DNA from: Octopus vulgaris
Taxonomy: Eukaryota
Length of the DNA: 64,000 nt
Direction: 5' to 3'
NCBI GenBank assembly: GCA_951406725.2
Contig: OX597815.1
Location: 197,656,001 to 197,720,000, forward strand
This document shows, in pieces, positions 25,272 through 40,004 of this stretch. Both the position numbers and the translations under genes were made by a program. Positions within the stretch are counted from its first letter, which is position 1. Each line of letters opens with the position of its first letter. The notes below the pieces were generated by a model. The model ran no database searches. It worked only from the letters and a program-made list of their open reading frames with translations, and was not told the origin of the DNA.

Positions 25272-26424
25272 TAGACGTTATTGTTTTACGACATACACTG
25301 GTGTGACCAGCAGCATATTTTACGTAAAATTCCGAGTGGGCAGGTTCAGAATAAATATGCAAATAATTGTTCCAGATTTCACTTTACAGGGTGTAAATAA
25401 AGATTTTTTATTGATTGGCAGATATAAGCACCAATAAGCAAACAATTTTCTCGTTGGCAGTATGAAGAAACAAGCGGTTTTGCTTAGACTGGGAACTCCT
25501 GTTGCTTCTGGTTGACGAAACAGAACACGTCGAACCAAAGTTGTCTCAGAAAGCCATATACCACTAAGCCGAGATTTTTTAACACACCGTCGTCGTAAAA
25601 ACAAGATGTTTTTGCCCTATGACGTACATGTCAGCGTCCAGAATATATTACATCTGAACCAGATAGATGTTTCAACAATAATTAAGAGAGTAATTGTATT
25701 TAAAAGGAACACAGCTTGGATCATAACCGTGTATATATATATATATAATATTAGTACAAATTTGGGATTTTACCAATAAAACCTCAACTCCTATTTCAGG
25801 AAATCCTTATTGTCTGGAATACACATAGAAAGTTATATCCTATATAATAATATAAGTATTTTAAAACCTACTATAAAATACAATAAAATTATTTAAAAAA
25901 TATTATTCAAAAATTACTTGAAAATATATATATACCTTACCTGTTATTAGTCTGTGGGGAAAGAAAATATTTTTAATACACGTGGTGGTCTGTCTTACCA
26001 GGCTACACCTATTACATGAAGACACCATTACCTCTTCAGGCTATTTATCTTATTGTTATTATTATTACCGTATCAGAGTTAAAACTACATATTCTAATAC
26101 ATATTAAATAGAAACAAATACGAATATAAATAAAAATATAATAAAAATATGTAACTTACTAATATATTTAAAAAAAAATTTTTCTAAAATTTAATAATTA
26201 ACAAATATAGAAATATTATTAATATTACATACCTAGAAATGCCATACCGATATATCTAGAAAATGTTAAGCATAAAGAAACCCTCAACGACTATATTATA
26301 AACATCAAAATTCAACAACATATTTATATAAGCATTACGGAAATTAATGATTTAGTATAACATTAACCTCTATCTATACAAGTATAAATTACCTTTTTTA
26401 TGTCAAACGTAAGTTAATAGTAAT

Positions 26425-27131
26425 TAAGGATGGAGAGGCAAAATTGCAAGCACTCCTTTTTTTTTCAATGTATTTTCACAAAAGCTGGGAATAAACAACA
26501 ACGTTATTTTTCTATATAGTCACTTTCCTTTTCGATTCACTTGGTCCAGCGGCTAAAAAGCTTGCGTATTCCCTCCAAGAAGAAGGTTTTCGGTTGCTTG
26601 TACAACAATTTATCAAACGAATCCTTCACAATGTCATCCGTAGAAAATTGACATTCTCCTAAAGCATCTTCGAGCGGTCTAAAGATATGATAGTCGGTAA
26701 CAGTGAGATCTGGGCTGCAGGCAGGTTGTTCCAGTATCTTAAAACCTGACAGGTTAATAGCTTCAAGGTCTGGGCGGCTGTGTGTGGGTGCGCTTTGGTA
26801 TGCAACAACAAAAATTTCTTCGACAATAGGCTTCGTTCTTTGGTGCAAATTGCTGGCTTCAGTTTGTTGGAGAGCAAAGCATTGTATCTTGCACTGTTGA
26901 CCGTACACTCATTTTCCAGAGAAATCGGATCATTGCTCTTTGTTCTTCTTTGGTGCACACTGCAAGTGGATAGAGCAACCATGCTTACACTATAAAGCTA
27001 GAATGAAAAATGGCAGGATCAGGTTCAAACTTCGATCACGTGACCACAGTAGTTCCAACTATAAGCCCGCATTCTAACAATAATAAAGTTATGCTATGGC
27101 GAAAGTGCGGATAATTTTTGACTTCCCCTCG
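26425..27131 (-). mobile_element. Internally deleted mariner (DD34D) transposon
   Basis: Frameshifted TVNSARY..LLLHTKAHPHT and QPACSPDLTVTDYHIF..GIRKLFSRWTK. TIR (TA)CGAGGGGAAGTCAAAAATTATCCG at 27108-27133. The other TIR is decayed. Confidence 0.9.
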
Positions 27132-27135
27132 TATA

Positions 27136-27185
<50 letters not shown>

Positions 27186-29185
27186 CATCTATATATATAT
27201 ATGTGGTTCGTGCTGGTTTTTTATTTGAGAACATATATTTTGTGGAAAATAGCGATTTGACGTCTATATCTAGCATGTTGACCGTCCACTTTTAGTGGTC
27301 AGTCCTTCAAATTCTGTATGTATATATATTTGTGTATATATATAGGTGTGTATATGTACATTTATATATATGCTTATGTGTGTGTGCACAGTTTGTCTTC
27401 TGATTACCGCTTCTTTAACGATCTTCATCCATATATGTACATCAGTTCTTGTCGATGATGTTTTGCCCATGAACGAACACTCTCCTTTATCAACTCATTG
27501 ACGGCGTATGTACATGTACAAATGTATGTATACAATCGGTTGATTACTACAGCTAAAGCGAAGAAAATCCGTTTCCGAATACAATTACTGGTGAAAACTC
27601 GGTAGATGGCTGAGCGGCGAACAAATGATTTAGAATTCCTACTCAATCACACATACTTTCCTTATTCTACATAATTCTCTTATGTAACTTTAACTATGCC
27701 TTCTCATGGCGCCTCTCCTTCACATATTTAAAGTATCTGCATTCTCTCCCATCAGTCGTAAAACAATGAATATACTCCTGCACAATATATTAGGGTATGA
27801 GCGACATTTAGGAGGTAGGAGTAATTTTCTAGGAGAGGTTTTTCCTCAAGTAGCGAATATGTCTCCAATTGCTGATTACATTACAGCATGAATGAATCAA
27901 CCACCGCGGAGAAATATGTGAACAAATGAAATCTGTAGAGGAATATGAGAGCAGCAGTCCAAGGGAAGTTTTAGACAAGATCATTAAATTTGCGACGATA
28001 AATGACGATAGTGTCGTTGTTCCCAATTATTTGCGTGTTGATTGAAATATAAAGAGCGGAATGAATATATAGCTAAATGTCAAATTTTAATTGTATATAC
28101 GTGTAGTTTCAGCGACGACAATCCTCGTAGGGCACAAAATGCGATAATGCCCAATATTAACCTATCGGAAAATATCACGGGAGATTTCACAACATATCAG
28201 GATATTGTTTCACAATGACTCAACTGATGAAGAATCAGTATATTAATATTTCTATTGTGTTTTTGTCAGGGAGTAATCCCTCATGAATAATATCTAAAGC
28301 TATGCTCTATTGTGGCAGCTCTCGAAAATTCAATCAAGATTCTTGTCATAAATGTCTCCCGTTTCGTTGTTCGTATCACTATAAGTGCTATAAATTTCTC
28401 ACAGCATAATCACAAGAACATGAGCCGGAAATATATTGCTTATCCTCTGACTTCGATTGATTCCAAGAAAGAGCCTACAATTCTTACAGAAAGGGAATAA
28501 TTTTCGTTTACACTGCGTTCGAAATGGCGACGTAAAGCAGTTTTCTTGTAGCGAAATGACTTTCGGGATAATCTGTTATACGTACATGTAAAGAGGAAAA
28601 AAGAAAAGAAAATTGGCTATTTTAAAATTATGACATGGAATTTAAGAAAATAAAGTGATATATATTCCCTTGTTAACTCACAAATAAAGTATATTTATCT
28701 CGCAATATATTGGATTCAAGTTCTGACTTGCAAACGGCAATATTTAGTTACAAACCTGAATGCACCCTTAGTTCACGACGATGCTTCGTAGTTTAGAATT
28801 GCAAATTCTCATGTCAACCCCGATGTATGTTTGCGTATCATTTATTTACCTTGTCTTTTCTCTGGGCCACAGAATCGTGTGTGACTGCAGCGCCTTTGAA
28901 AACTACCAATGTAGTTTGAAAACTACCAATCAGTCCCCAAATATCAAACTGACGGATATGTTAAACGCATGTCATGCGGTAATATTCTCTCAATGGTTTC
29001 AGCCGTAGGAATGCAGCCATGCTGGAGCACCGCCTTTATTTTCTATTAGATTTGTTGTTACTTTATGGCTGGATGTTGGTCTATGATTGTGTTAGTTGTA
29101 GCTGGTCATCGCTGTGTATTCAATTCTTGGAATGTCCAGTACAAATTTTTAGGAGTTTATCCAGTGGTTTTATTTGGATGGTTCA

Positions 29186-29186
29186 A

Positions 29187-29226
<40 letters not shown>

Positions 29227-29345
29227 GGTGGTGGTAGTAGTAGAAATAGTAGTTGTGGTGGGGGTATTGGTGGTAGTAGTAGTAATAGTAGTAGTAGCAG
29301 CAACAATAACAATTGAAGCAGCAGCGGCAGCGGTAGTAGCAGCAG
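29186..29345. repeat. Compound (AGT/GGT/AGC)n trinucleotide repeat
   Basis: Directly visible. Confidence 0.9.
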
Positions 29346-31489
29346 AAACCAACATGATACCAACTTCCCCAAATCACTAGAACCAGCATGTAATTTCAGC
29401 TTCAGCTAGCCGTCTGGGTTGGCAGTCGAATAGTCTAGAATAATGTTGTTGAGTAAGCATGATAATAATTCAGATGAATAGAGCAAACCAGCAATAACAT
29501 TATGTCTAAGCATATATCGTACCGTTCCAAGGAAAGATTGTTTATTGGCGACACTAACGAATCTCGTTGGAATTTCCTCTCACGTATCAGAAGGCAATTT
29601 TATAATCATGAGAAATATTTTCTTAGAAGTGTAGAACAGTTAGTTATTGAATGTATCTGTATGTTTATTTCTTTCTCTTTCTCCCTCGTTTTTTCTCTGA
29701 CGCTTTCCATCTGTCACTCCCTTTCGTCCTCTTCTTCAATGTATAAGTTAACACACACACAAGCACGCACGCATATATATGTATGTATGTATGTACGTAT
29801 GTATGTATGTATTTGTGAGACAATGTGTGCGTGTGTGTGGATTTGAGTAGAGAATGTGTGTTTCTGCGCATGTATGCATGTACATGTGTAGATAGAACTT
29901 GAGGTGCGTAGGTTTGTTTCGTCTGCAAGTGTGTGAACGTAGATACATTTACAAATAAATATTATTACTTGAATACATACAATCATAGAATTTTATATAA
30001 ATATACTAAGGAATACACATGCTCACACGAACAATTGTCTCTTTTTCCTAGATACATACAGACACATACATACATATAGAAGGAAAGAAGCGTACACACT
30101 CGTATATATTCATACTTTGTGTACTTGTTGTGTGCATGGGTGTGTTTGTTAATTCATCTATGTAAGAAAGAAATGGAGTCGCATACATTCCTATTTGTAT
30201 ACAGGTATGTGTAAGTGCACATATGACACTTAATTATTGATGCTGACTGCATAAAACAAATACAAACACAAGACACATATAAAGTGTATAACGATGAAAA
30301 CAAGTTAAAATTTAGCTTCTTCTTGTTATATTACTGAATAGTAATGCTTACTCACAAATACCGTGTGCAAAACAAGTTTCAAAAGTTAGTTTTCTCTACT
30401 TGCTGTCATAGGCATACATAAATAGATACATACATGCATATATACGTATGTGTGTTTGTGTGTGTTGATATTTTTTTTAGAACTTAACTAGAAAATAGCG
30501 TGTATGAAATCGCATAAGTATCTCAGACGATAATGTAAACTAACGCAAAGCATTCTGTACATTTGTATAGAAATAGTTTATAACGGTAAAATATTATTTG
30601 TAGGTTGTCGTGTGACCAGCTTCGTCATGAAGTTTAGGTAATTACACTTTCACACACAACTACATAATTAGCATATTGAAAAAGAAAAAAAAATATTGTC
30701 GCTTCGATAACTTTTGAATTCCAGTAAATACTAAACTTGTAGAAAATTTTCATTAAAGGGACAGTTAGCATAGAGAATATTTACTAGCTTTCAGTAAAGG
30801 ATGTCTCTTTCAGAAATTACAGTAACATTCCACAATGTCTGGAGTTTTCTCAACATCTACCAGCCACGTCCTACGTCTTGCTGAATTATATTTATACAAT
30901 CAAAGTCGTACTTTGTTACTAATTCTTTAATGTGTAATTTATATTAACGTTAAGAATGTATCTGCTGAACATAGTTATAACTTCAATGAATTAAAGCTAG
31001 TTTGCGTCACAAACCGTAAATAGTATTGCCCACATTTAAGATTATTCACATTGTCTAATACCAGTGGGTACCTTGTAAGACTGACTAAAGATAAAGTTAT
31101 TCCAGTCCAGAAAGCTCGTTTCATTTCTTAAATACCTAATATATCCTTACCCAACGTATCCTTTGCTGTTTTAACATGCCGGGCCGAGCAATTCCGTGGA
31201 GAGATTACATACAACAATAGGGCATTGTTAGAATAATGATATACATTTATTCTTACGATACCTGAAAAACATTTGAAAACTGTTTGTAGTTATGCAATTA
31301 TATATAATTATAGCTACTTATTACACATTTACAGCATTACATTTTCGTCTCATTTGTTTTTATATTCATACTTTTCTAGCAGTCTTTTTTCTTTCATATT
31401 GAATTCTTTAGATATTTCTTTCGCTGCCTGTCTGGTCTATATACTAGGATGCTTACGCTGTATTCTGGTCGCCACACGGTCATTCTGTT

Positions 31490-31809
31490 GGATGGAATGG
31501 AAGCACTCCGTCGGTTCCGACGACGAGGGTTCCGGTTGATCCGAATCAACAGAACAGCCTGCTCGTGAAATTAACGTGTAAGTGGCTGAGCACTCCACAG
31601 ACACGTGTACCCTTAACGTAGTTCTCGGGGATATTCAGCGTGACACAGAGAGTGACAAGGCCGGCCCTTTGAAATACAGGTACAACAGAAACAGGAAGTA
31701 AGAGTGAGAGAAAGTTGTGGTGAAAAAGTACAGCAGGGATCACCACCATCCCCTGCCGGAGCCTATGACTGCGAGTTCGCTGCCCTAACCACTGGGCCAT
31801 TGCGCCTCT
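31490..31809 (-). mobile_element. tRNA(Arg)-like SINE family B with internal deletion and 14 bp TSD
   Basis: acggtcatt(c/g)tgtt at 31476-31489 and 31810-31823. Matches 50364-50752. Confidence 0.9.
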
Positions 31810-32878
31810 ACGGTCATTGTGTTACTGACATAACGTATGACAGGTTTACATGCGTTTTTCTTCCTTCTCATTCTTTTAATGAAGAGTGTTTGATTCTTTT
31901 ATCTACGCTATTTCGCTTAAAGTCGGTGTTATATGTCTTCACTAGTCTGATTCTGACTAAATTACTGCTTCGACTATCTTTTCCTATCTTTCACTTTTCA
32001 GTATTTATCTCCTATTCATTCTCTCTTTTACTCACATGATCTCGTTCTTGCTTTCCCAGTATTTCATTCTCCCCCTCTGTTCAGCTCACCATTACTAATT
32101 CTACTTACCCTCATTCTTTTTATTGATTTTGTATGCTTGCAAATAAAGGGTTAACTACAACAGAATTTACTTTTGCTCCTCATTCTTCTAACGAGAACAT
32201 TCGATGTTACGACACACCCCTTTTGAACAAATTGACATATCATGATTTGGATACTGATATAAATTTCTAATTTCCATGTGTACTATTGCATTAGTGTGTA
32301 CACTTGTCTGTTCGTGTAATGCATATTTACACTTACATATACCTACCTAACCGGATATGCAGCTATCTAATTACCTACAGACATACGTACACATACATAG
32401 ATACTTCAGTATATATTAGATAAACTATATATCTTTCAATTTGCGTGTGTATGAGTGTGTATGTTTGTAGGTAAAATGAATAAGAAAACAAAATAAAAAA
32501 GAGCAACTTAGCATATTCACGTATATGCTTTGTTTGTACCATATATATATGTGTGTGTGTGTGTGTATATATGTGTGTATATATTTATGTATGTATATGT
32601 ATATATAAGTATACATATATATATATATATGGCAAGATGTGAAATATATTTTCCCTTAATTTACACCCACAAACATTGGATATACCCAGATGACACCTTG
32701 ATATATGAAACCATGAAAAATATAATCATTTACGGAACAAATTTCCAAGTAATAATATAAGATTTTAATGTTGAGTGGCAACAGATCGCTCACAAAATAA
32801 ATTTTACATAAATGGACACTTTTATTTTACTGTTTCTATCATTACACCATATTGCATAATTCCATAATTGTGGAATAT

Positions 32879-32921
<43 letters not shown>

Positions 32922-33579
32922 CATCGATGTATTTCTGTTTTATCACGTTGATTGTTTTGCTTCTTGTATGACATTGTTGTGCATAAACGTTCCCTGTTAT
33001 TATTCACGTATCGAGATGCTTTGTCCTTAGAAACAAAAGTAAAGAATGGTGAAGAAATAGAGTTAAGAATACACCAAAATTCATAGATTTTATATGAAAT
33101 TCATATTCTATAGAACTTGGCATCAGAGCTCCAAACAATCAGAATATCCCTTGCACTCATGATATATTTCATTATATATGATGCGAGCATAGAAATCATA
33201 AACAAATATGAAATATTTTATCACATTCTGAGTTAATTACTTGTTGTAAATATGTTCAACTATTTTATGATAACTTGTATATTATAAAGCAAAAAGCCAG
33301 TATATTGCGTTGTCACCTAATTGCACGAATGTTTCCGTTTTCATTTTCCTTCCGTGTTATGTCGAACATCTACTTCCTGAGTTGGCGCACTGGAAATTCC
33401 GAAATCCTGCAATGCTTACCAAGGCTGCCGCTTACTTTGTTTTGTCTTATTTGTATTCATCGGTCTGGTTAGGATAAAACAGCTTTTAACGTAGAATAGA
33501 AAATTTGAATCGCTCATTATTCTTGTAAAGTTTTGCAAACAGACAGAAATTCTACGACGACAACCAGCCAGATCCTATT

Positions 33580-33633
33580 CACAACAACACTACTATTACT
33601 ACTACTACTGCTGCTGCTGCTACAATAACAACA

Positions 33634-33671
<38 letters not shown>

Positions 33672-33683
33672 AACAACAACTAC

Positions 33684-33751
<68 letters not shown>

Positions 33752-33768
33752 TTACTACTACTACTATC
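33580..33768. repeat. (ACT)n-rich trinucleotide repeat
   Basis: Directly visible. Confidence 0.95.
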
Positions 33769-33998
33769 ACACGTTTTTCTTGTCTGATGACATTTCTTTG
33801 AATGATATTTAGAAAATTTTATCAGTTATCAAGAAGAGATATTTGTAACTATTTCAACGCATCAGACTGTGGACGATGTTGTCACGGGTAAAGTTTGCGT
33901 TCACTGTGTTTACTTTTCAATCAGCAGTATTGAAAAAAAAACATTCGCCCTCCGATTACTTTTGGTTACGTATATTAGAGTAGTTACAAGGAACCATA

Positions 33999-34044
<46 letters not shown>

Positions 34045-34201
34045 CACTAGAGTCGATCACATAGTGGTTACTCTCTCATATGTATAAATTTATATTGTAT
34101 CCTTGGTTTTATGTGCTAAGCCACTTGGTGTTAAATTGATGGTATTATTAAATTAATATAAAATTTTTCACCCTCATTTGTAAATATATATATATATATA
34201 T

Positions 34202-34241
<40 letters not shown>

Positions 34242-34506
34242 TGGATTCTCTCATCGAAGACGATGAATGAGGGTATCTATATATATATGTGTGTGTGTGT
34301 ATATATGTGTATATATATATATATGTGTGTATGTGTGTGTGTGTGTGAGTGTTTCTGTGATTTGTGTGTGTATGTAAGTTATTGTGTGCATTGTGCGTGC
34401 TTTTTCATTGCATATATTGAGAAACAATTCTTAATGTAATATAATCATTCGGAGTAAAGTAACAATTTATTAAATTTTATTAAGTTTTGCAAACACAGAA
34501 AATTTA

Positions 34507-34689
34507 CGCAGGAGTGGCTGTGTGGTAATAGTAGCTTGCCTACCAACCACACGGTTCCAAGTTCAGTCCCATAGCATGGCACCTTGGGCAAGTGTCTTCT
34601 ACTGTAGCCTCGGGCCAACCAAACCCTTGTGAGTGGATTTGGTAGACGGAAACTGAAAGAAGTCCGTCGTATATATGTATATATATACA

Positions 34690-34721
<32 letters not shown>

Positions 34722-34938
34722 TGTGTGCGTGTATGTTTGTGTGTCTGTGTTTTTCCTTCCAAAATCGCTTGACAACCGATGCTGGTGTGTCTACGTCCCC
34801 GTAACTTGGCGGTTCGGCAAAAGAATAAGTACTAGGCTTACAAAGAATAAGTCCTGGGATCGATTTGCTAGACTAAAGGCGTGCTCCAGCATGGCCACAG
34901 TCACATGAGTGAAACAAGTAAAAGAGAGAGTAAAAGAG
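34507..34938 (+). mobile_element. SINE family A
   Basis: Full head, microsatellite and tail. Confidence 0.9.
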
Positions 34939-36182
34939 AAATAATATGAGAAGTAGGGAATTAATTCGGTATTGTTCAACAACTGTAACTTATTTCTTAC
35001 GGATGTTGGAATAATATATGTACAGTATCTTTCCACCTTATTTCCGAAATATAAACCCATAGATTCTCTATTTGATCCGGAGATTCACTAGGGGATGTTT
35101 CGAATTGAAGTTGTTTGCATGTAAGCAAAGATTATATTGCTGGGTAAATGGAATGATCTATTTCTCACAAACAATTAGGACTGATGATTTTTATATCTCA
35201 CAGTTTAACATTATCAAGTTAAATTTAGACATTTTATAAAACATTGTACAGCCGAGAATAAATTACATGGATTGAAGGAAAGCATGACTTATTGGCAAAA
35301 GCTGTCCTTTTCCAATTAATTACGCCATCTTGAATGAATTTTAATGAATTTTAATGCAAGATCATTCATCATTGGCTGAGTTCGATCTACGTCTTGTGAA
35401 GGAGGCTGAATAAACGAAAACTTTGATGGAATCTCATGAGAATATCGGTTACAGTAATTCAAAATGTTAGCCTGGCCATGAAATATGGCCAAGTTAATAT
35501 TAACGAAAACTAACACAAATGTGCACGTATTTATGGAGCATTAGTCTATTCTCGATGTATTTAAAATGATAATGCTGTTTACCAAATGTCTGAAGCACTC
35601 ATCGACGAAACCGTCAACGGAGACACTTTTGAAGATCTATTAATTACAATAAGAAAAGATAAACTAGTGATACGGTGCAAGAACCTTTAAACAAATGACA
35701 GTAATTCACCGTAATGTAAACGTAAGTTATAATATTTAAACAGTTTTCACTTCAGCACCGGAATTAATACAGTTTGTAATAAAACAGTATTTGACAGTGT
35801 GATAAAAATTAATAGTTATAGTATGACAGCATATCACAAAGTAATGAGACAAATAGTGTTAACAATTAAACAATACTTCAGAGAGTGACAAGTGTTAATA
35901 TCGTAATAAACCAATATTTGACATGGCGGGAAAACTAATAGGATTAGTAATAAAACAGTACTTGACACGATGGGAAATGAAATAGTTTTGGTAATAAAAT
36001 ATTATTTTCAAAGTATTATAAATTTAAGATTGTTAGTAACAAATCTTTATTCTGCTGATCAACATATTGCTTATCTCTGTTACTATGTGTGTCTTTGTCC
36101 ATGTATGTATATACGTGCATATACATAAATACATATGTTTGTCCGTGTGTATGTGTGTGTATATGTACGTATATAGATGTAC

Positions 36183-36231
<49 letters not shown>

Positions 36232-36265
36232 TGTGCGTTTGTGTTTGTGTATGTATGTGTATATT

Positions 36266-36298
<33 letters not shown>

Positions 36299-36358
36299 TT
36301 TTTATTTTTCATTTTAACTAGTTTCAGCTCACGGGCTGTGGCCATGCTGGGGCACCGC

Positions 36359-36449
<91 letters not shown>

Positions 36450-36457
36450 ATATATAA

Positions 36458-37252
36458 AGGAAAATGCGTTGTTGAAAATGCACTTAAATTTCAAAAGCTT
36501 GTAAATGTTTAAAATACGTTTATTTACGTATACACCAAACTGGTTTCAACAATAAATACCAGTTGCTGACGTCAAATAATTCCAAATCAATCAAAACCGA
36601 ACTTTAGCGAATACAACGAAAAAACCTTTAAGAAAACCAACCAAACAGGACGCCCTATAACCGTATCCGCAAGTAAACCAAACAAGCAGAACGACAAGCT
36701 TGACCACGTAAAAAAAACTTCATCAATTTTTTAACGAATCAAATTAAGATCCGCTCGCAGAAAAAATAAAATTATAAATACATATTTCCCTAAACATACC
36801 ATTACAAGCGAAAACGACTGTTTAAAGAAGATCTGAGAAACCGTAAACCAAATTTCTTTTCTTTACTATTTTAATTGTCACAATTGTTTTTTCAGTATGG
36901 CTTGTCGACCACCACTGAAATTAATGAACCTTGTAGATTCTAACAAATGAATATAAGGTTTTGATTTCGAACTTACACCTTCTGTTTTGAACATGATAAT
37001 TATCAACATTGAAGCATTTTAGTTTGTCAACATTGAAAAATTTTGATTTGTCAACATTGAAACTTATAACGATGTTGTTTATAATTTTACAATTTTACCA
37101 TTGATAAGCAAAAAATATTGCTGAAACTAGTTTGGTATATATGTAAAAAAATGTATTTTAAACATTTACGAGTTTTTGAAATTTAAGTGCATTTTCAACA
37201 ACACATTTACCTAAACTTTTTTCCTGCGTGGAAAAAATACACCCTCTTTTGA
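36458..37252 (+). mobile_element. PLE-type insertion: inverted pLTR piece, body, pLTR with hammerhead, tail
   Basis: Imperfect inverted repeats 36458-36554 and 37116-37212. Tail 37213-37252. TA flanks. Possible QTGR (GIY-YIG) remnant at ~36642. Confidence 0.7.
37096..37137 (+). ncRNA. Minimal type I hammerhead, U3:A8 core variant
   Basis: tacca-TTGATAA-gcaa(aaaata)ttgc.t-GAAA-ctag-TT-tggta. Palindromic stem III (ACTAGT). Confidence 0.65.
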
Positions 37253-37309
37253 GATATATATATATGATATATATATGTGTGTGTGTGTATGTATCTATGT
37301 ATGTACAAT

Positions 37310-37380
37310 TGCCTTATACCTAATCATCACTGTGATAGTGATCGTGTTTTACCGCTAAGCTACCAGATCTGAATCATTGG

Positions 37381-37431
<51 letters not shown>

Positions 37432-37559
37432 TATTTCAACCAGAAAATATGTTCACTTAAAGAGAATAACAATCTACATAATGCAAACTTTTTACTTTTC
37501 AAAATTTCCAATTCTAAATGGTCGAAACAAACCCGAGCAACGCCGGGCGATACTGCTAC
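37310..37559 (+). mobile_element. Non-autonomous Helitron 3' portion
   Basis: Subterminal hairpin cccgagcaacgccggg followed by CTAC (decayed CTAG). Same terminus as the element ending at 62186. Confidence 0.65.
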
Positions 37560-37567
37560 TATATATA

Positions 37568-37640
<73 letters not shown>

Positions 37641-38739
37641 AAGAGAGAGAGAGAGATGAGAATACGTCTCATTTAATTAAATAGATTATGTCCTATCATA
37701 CAACCGTTTTCAGTCATCAACATGTTTCCGTACGTCAAGTGATACTTCTGTTTTTATACATTTTGAATGTCGCTCACTTTTCTTTCTTTTTTTATCTTTT
37801 GTTTATTGTTCTTTAGCATATCTATAACTCAATCGATTCTTTTATGAAACTGTCAATTGGTTTCTAGCTGTAGCAAACATCATAACCAGAACCACTTCCA
37901 GAAAAAAAAACAAAAAAAACTCACACTTGTATTCACCCACGGTATACGCCATGACAAATAAACATACACATTTGCAAATACAAAAAACTCTCGAACAGAA
38001 ATATATTTTCAACATGGCCGTTACATTTTTCACTCGTTACATTTTCCAGTATTTATTTGTTTTTATGTCTAATTGGTTGTGACGTCAACTGAATGTACAA
38101 TGTAGAGCCTACGGCTTGGTAAATATGTCTTGATGAAAGTTTTGTCGCTAATGAAAAAAACTCTAGCAATATCACCATATGTAAATAGCTAGCTAGGTAG
38201 ATTAAAATATGCTGCAGAGACATAAGGTAACAAACAATTCAAAGCAATAGAGTATCTTCAATATAATGACATACATCAGCATTATATTTTATGTACGCTA
38301 GATGATATGTACAATTTCTATATAACACATTTTATGTAGAAATATGAAATTATTTCTTTTCTTTTCTATATCAAAGTCGGTTTACAAAAGAAGACTTCTA
38401 AGTAGTTTCCAGTCTAGTAGGAACATGTATAGGATGAAATATTTGAAGTATTTTATAAGACTTTGGGTATATTGTCTAACATCTTTTAAAATACTTAAAG
38501 CGATTCTTCTCTAGTGTTACATAATGTTGAATATTATATTACTTTCAAATTATACTCAAATGCAAAAGAATTTGCTTGTCTATATGTTTGACTGCAGGCG
38601 TTTGTATGTATGTATGTAAGTATGTATGCATGTATGTATGTACGTATGTATGCATGTATGTATTTATGCATGTGTGTATGTATCTGAATATCGGTATGTA
38701 TTTACGCGTTATATGTATATGTGCATATATAAGTATGTT

Positions 38740-39085
38740 ATCATCATCATCATCATCAGCAGCAGCATCATCATCATTTAACTTCCGATTTCCTTGCTGG
38801 CTTGGGTTGGACGGTTTGACTGAGGGCTGGAGAGCTAGTGACTGCACTAATCTGATCTGGCAATGTTTCTACAACTGGATGTCCTTCCTAACGCCAACCA
38901 CTCCGAGAGTGCAGTGGGTGCATTTTACGTGCCACCGGCACAGGAGCCAGTCAGGCGGGCCTGGCATCGATCACATTCGGATAGTGGTTTTTACGTGCTA
39001 CCGGCACGGGGGCCAGTCGGTGGGTAGTGGCATCGGCCACATTCGGAATGAACTTTTTTTACGTGCCACCGGCACGGGAACCAAT
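38740..39085 (-). mobile_element. SINE/LINE 3' part with (TGA)n tail and three 66-68 bp internal repeats
   Basis: ttttacgtgc(c/t)accggcac recurs at ~38923, 38989 and 39057. Confidence 0.65.
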
Positions 39086-39089
39086 CTGG

Positions 39090-39267
39090 GCTCCACCTGG
39101 AAGGTCATGCGCTGTTTACCTTGATATAATGTCACCGTATGGCGCACATACGGACGTGATGTTTGTGCCTGGTGTATCCTTATCAGACAGGTAGTCAGGA
39201 TGGGTACACTGAGCTTCATTTATTTTACCCAGTGTAACTTTGGTAGCATGCACTGCTCTCTCACTCA

Positions 39268-39268
<1 letters not shown>
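39090..39268 (+). mobile_element. Retroposon 3' end abutting (TAA)n
   Basis: Unique GC-balanced segment ending directly in a long (TAA)n tract, consistent with a Dong/RTE-type tail. Confidence 0.4.
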
Positions 39269-39362
<94 letters not shown>

Positions 39363-39420
39363 AAGAAGAAAAAGAAGAAGAAGAAGAAGAAGAAGGAGAA
39401 GAAGATGGAGAAGAGGAACG
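39269..39420. repeat. (TAA)n followed by (GAA)n
   Basis: Directly visible. Confidence 0.95.
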
Positions 39421-40004
39421 AAGAGTTCCGCGCTGAATAACAACATTGATCTGCTATACTGGGTTCTCCATTCAAAAACAAATCTAATCTAATAACGTCG
39501 GTGGAATAGAATGAAGGAACCTGTGGAAGACTTGAAGGAAGCGGCCTTTTAACGAAAATAATCAGGATAACGAAATTTTATTGCCATACAAAGCACAGTT
39601 TCTCCCACGCAAGATGTCTCAGTGAAACATGTGCGAAAGGCACATGGGAAATCAACACCGGAAAGTTTACAAATTATAAAATATAAGTGGAACAAAACAG
39701 TAAGTACGCATATAAGTTAATTATGGATACACTCGAACGTCTACGCAATCATATATATATATATGTTAATGCCCATAGGACTATACATACATCTCAATGT
39801 TTACACAACTACGTGAAATTCACAGGATACACATACAGGCATATGAAAGCACCTGTCAAAAACGAAGCAAAAAACACAAAATTCTTATTCTTTTCGAACT
39901 AATACAGCAAATGGAAGTCTCAAGGAAAGGAAAAGTTTCTTAATTTCTGGCTTAATGCCTTCCCAGAGAGTCATAAACTGCTAATAAAACTCTACAACAA
40001 TGTT

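Noticed and set aside
25980-26050. Hammerhead-like CTGAAGA-ggt..acc on the minus strand
   Set aside because: No GAAA strand and no stem I partner.
29065-29389. Poly-Ser/Gly/Thr/Val ORFs
   Set aside because: Trinucleotide repeat with no splice or coding context.
32684-32715. CAGATGA...GAAA hammerhead-like spacing
   Set aside because: Core mutated and no supporting stems.
38920-39085. CRISPR-like repeat-spacer pattern
   Set aside because: The spacers resemble each other, the context is a eukaryotic retroposon, and there are no cas genes.
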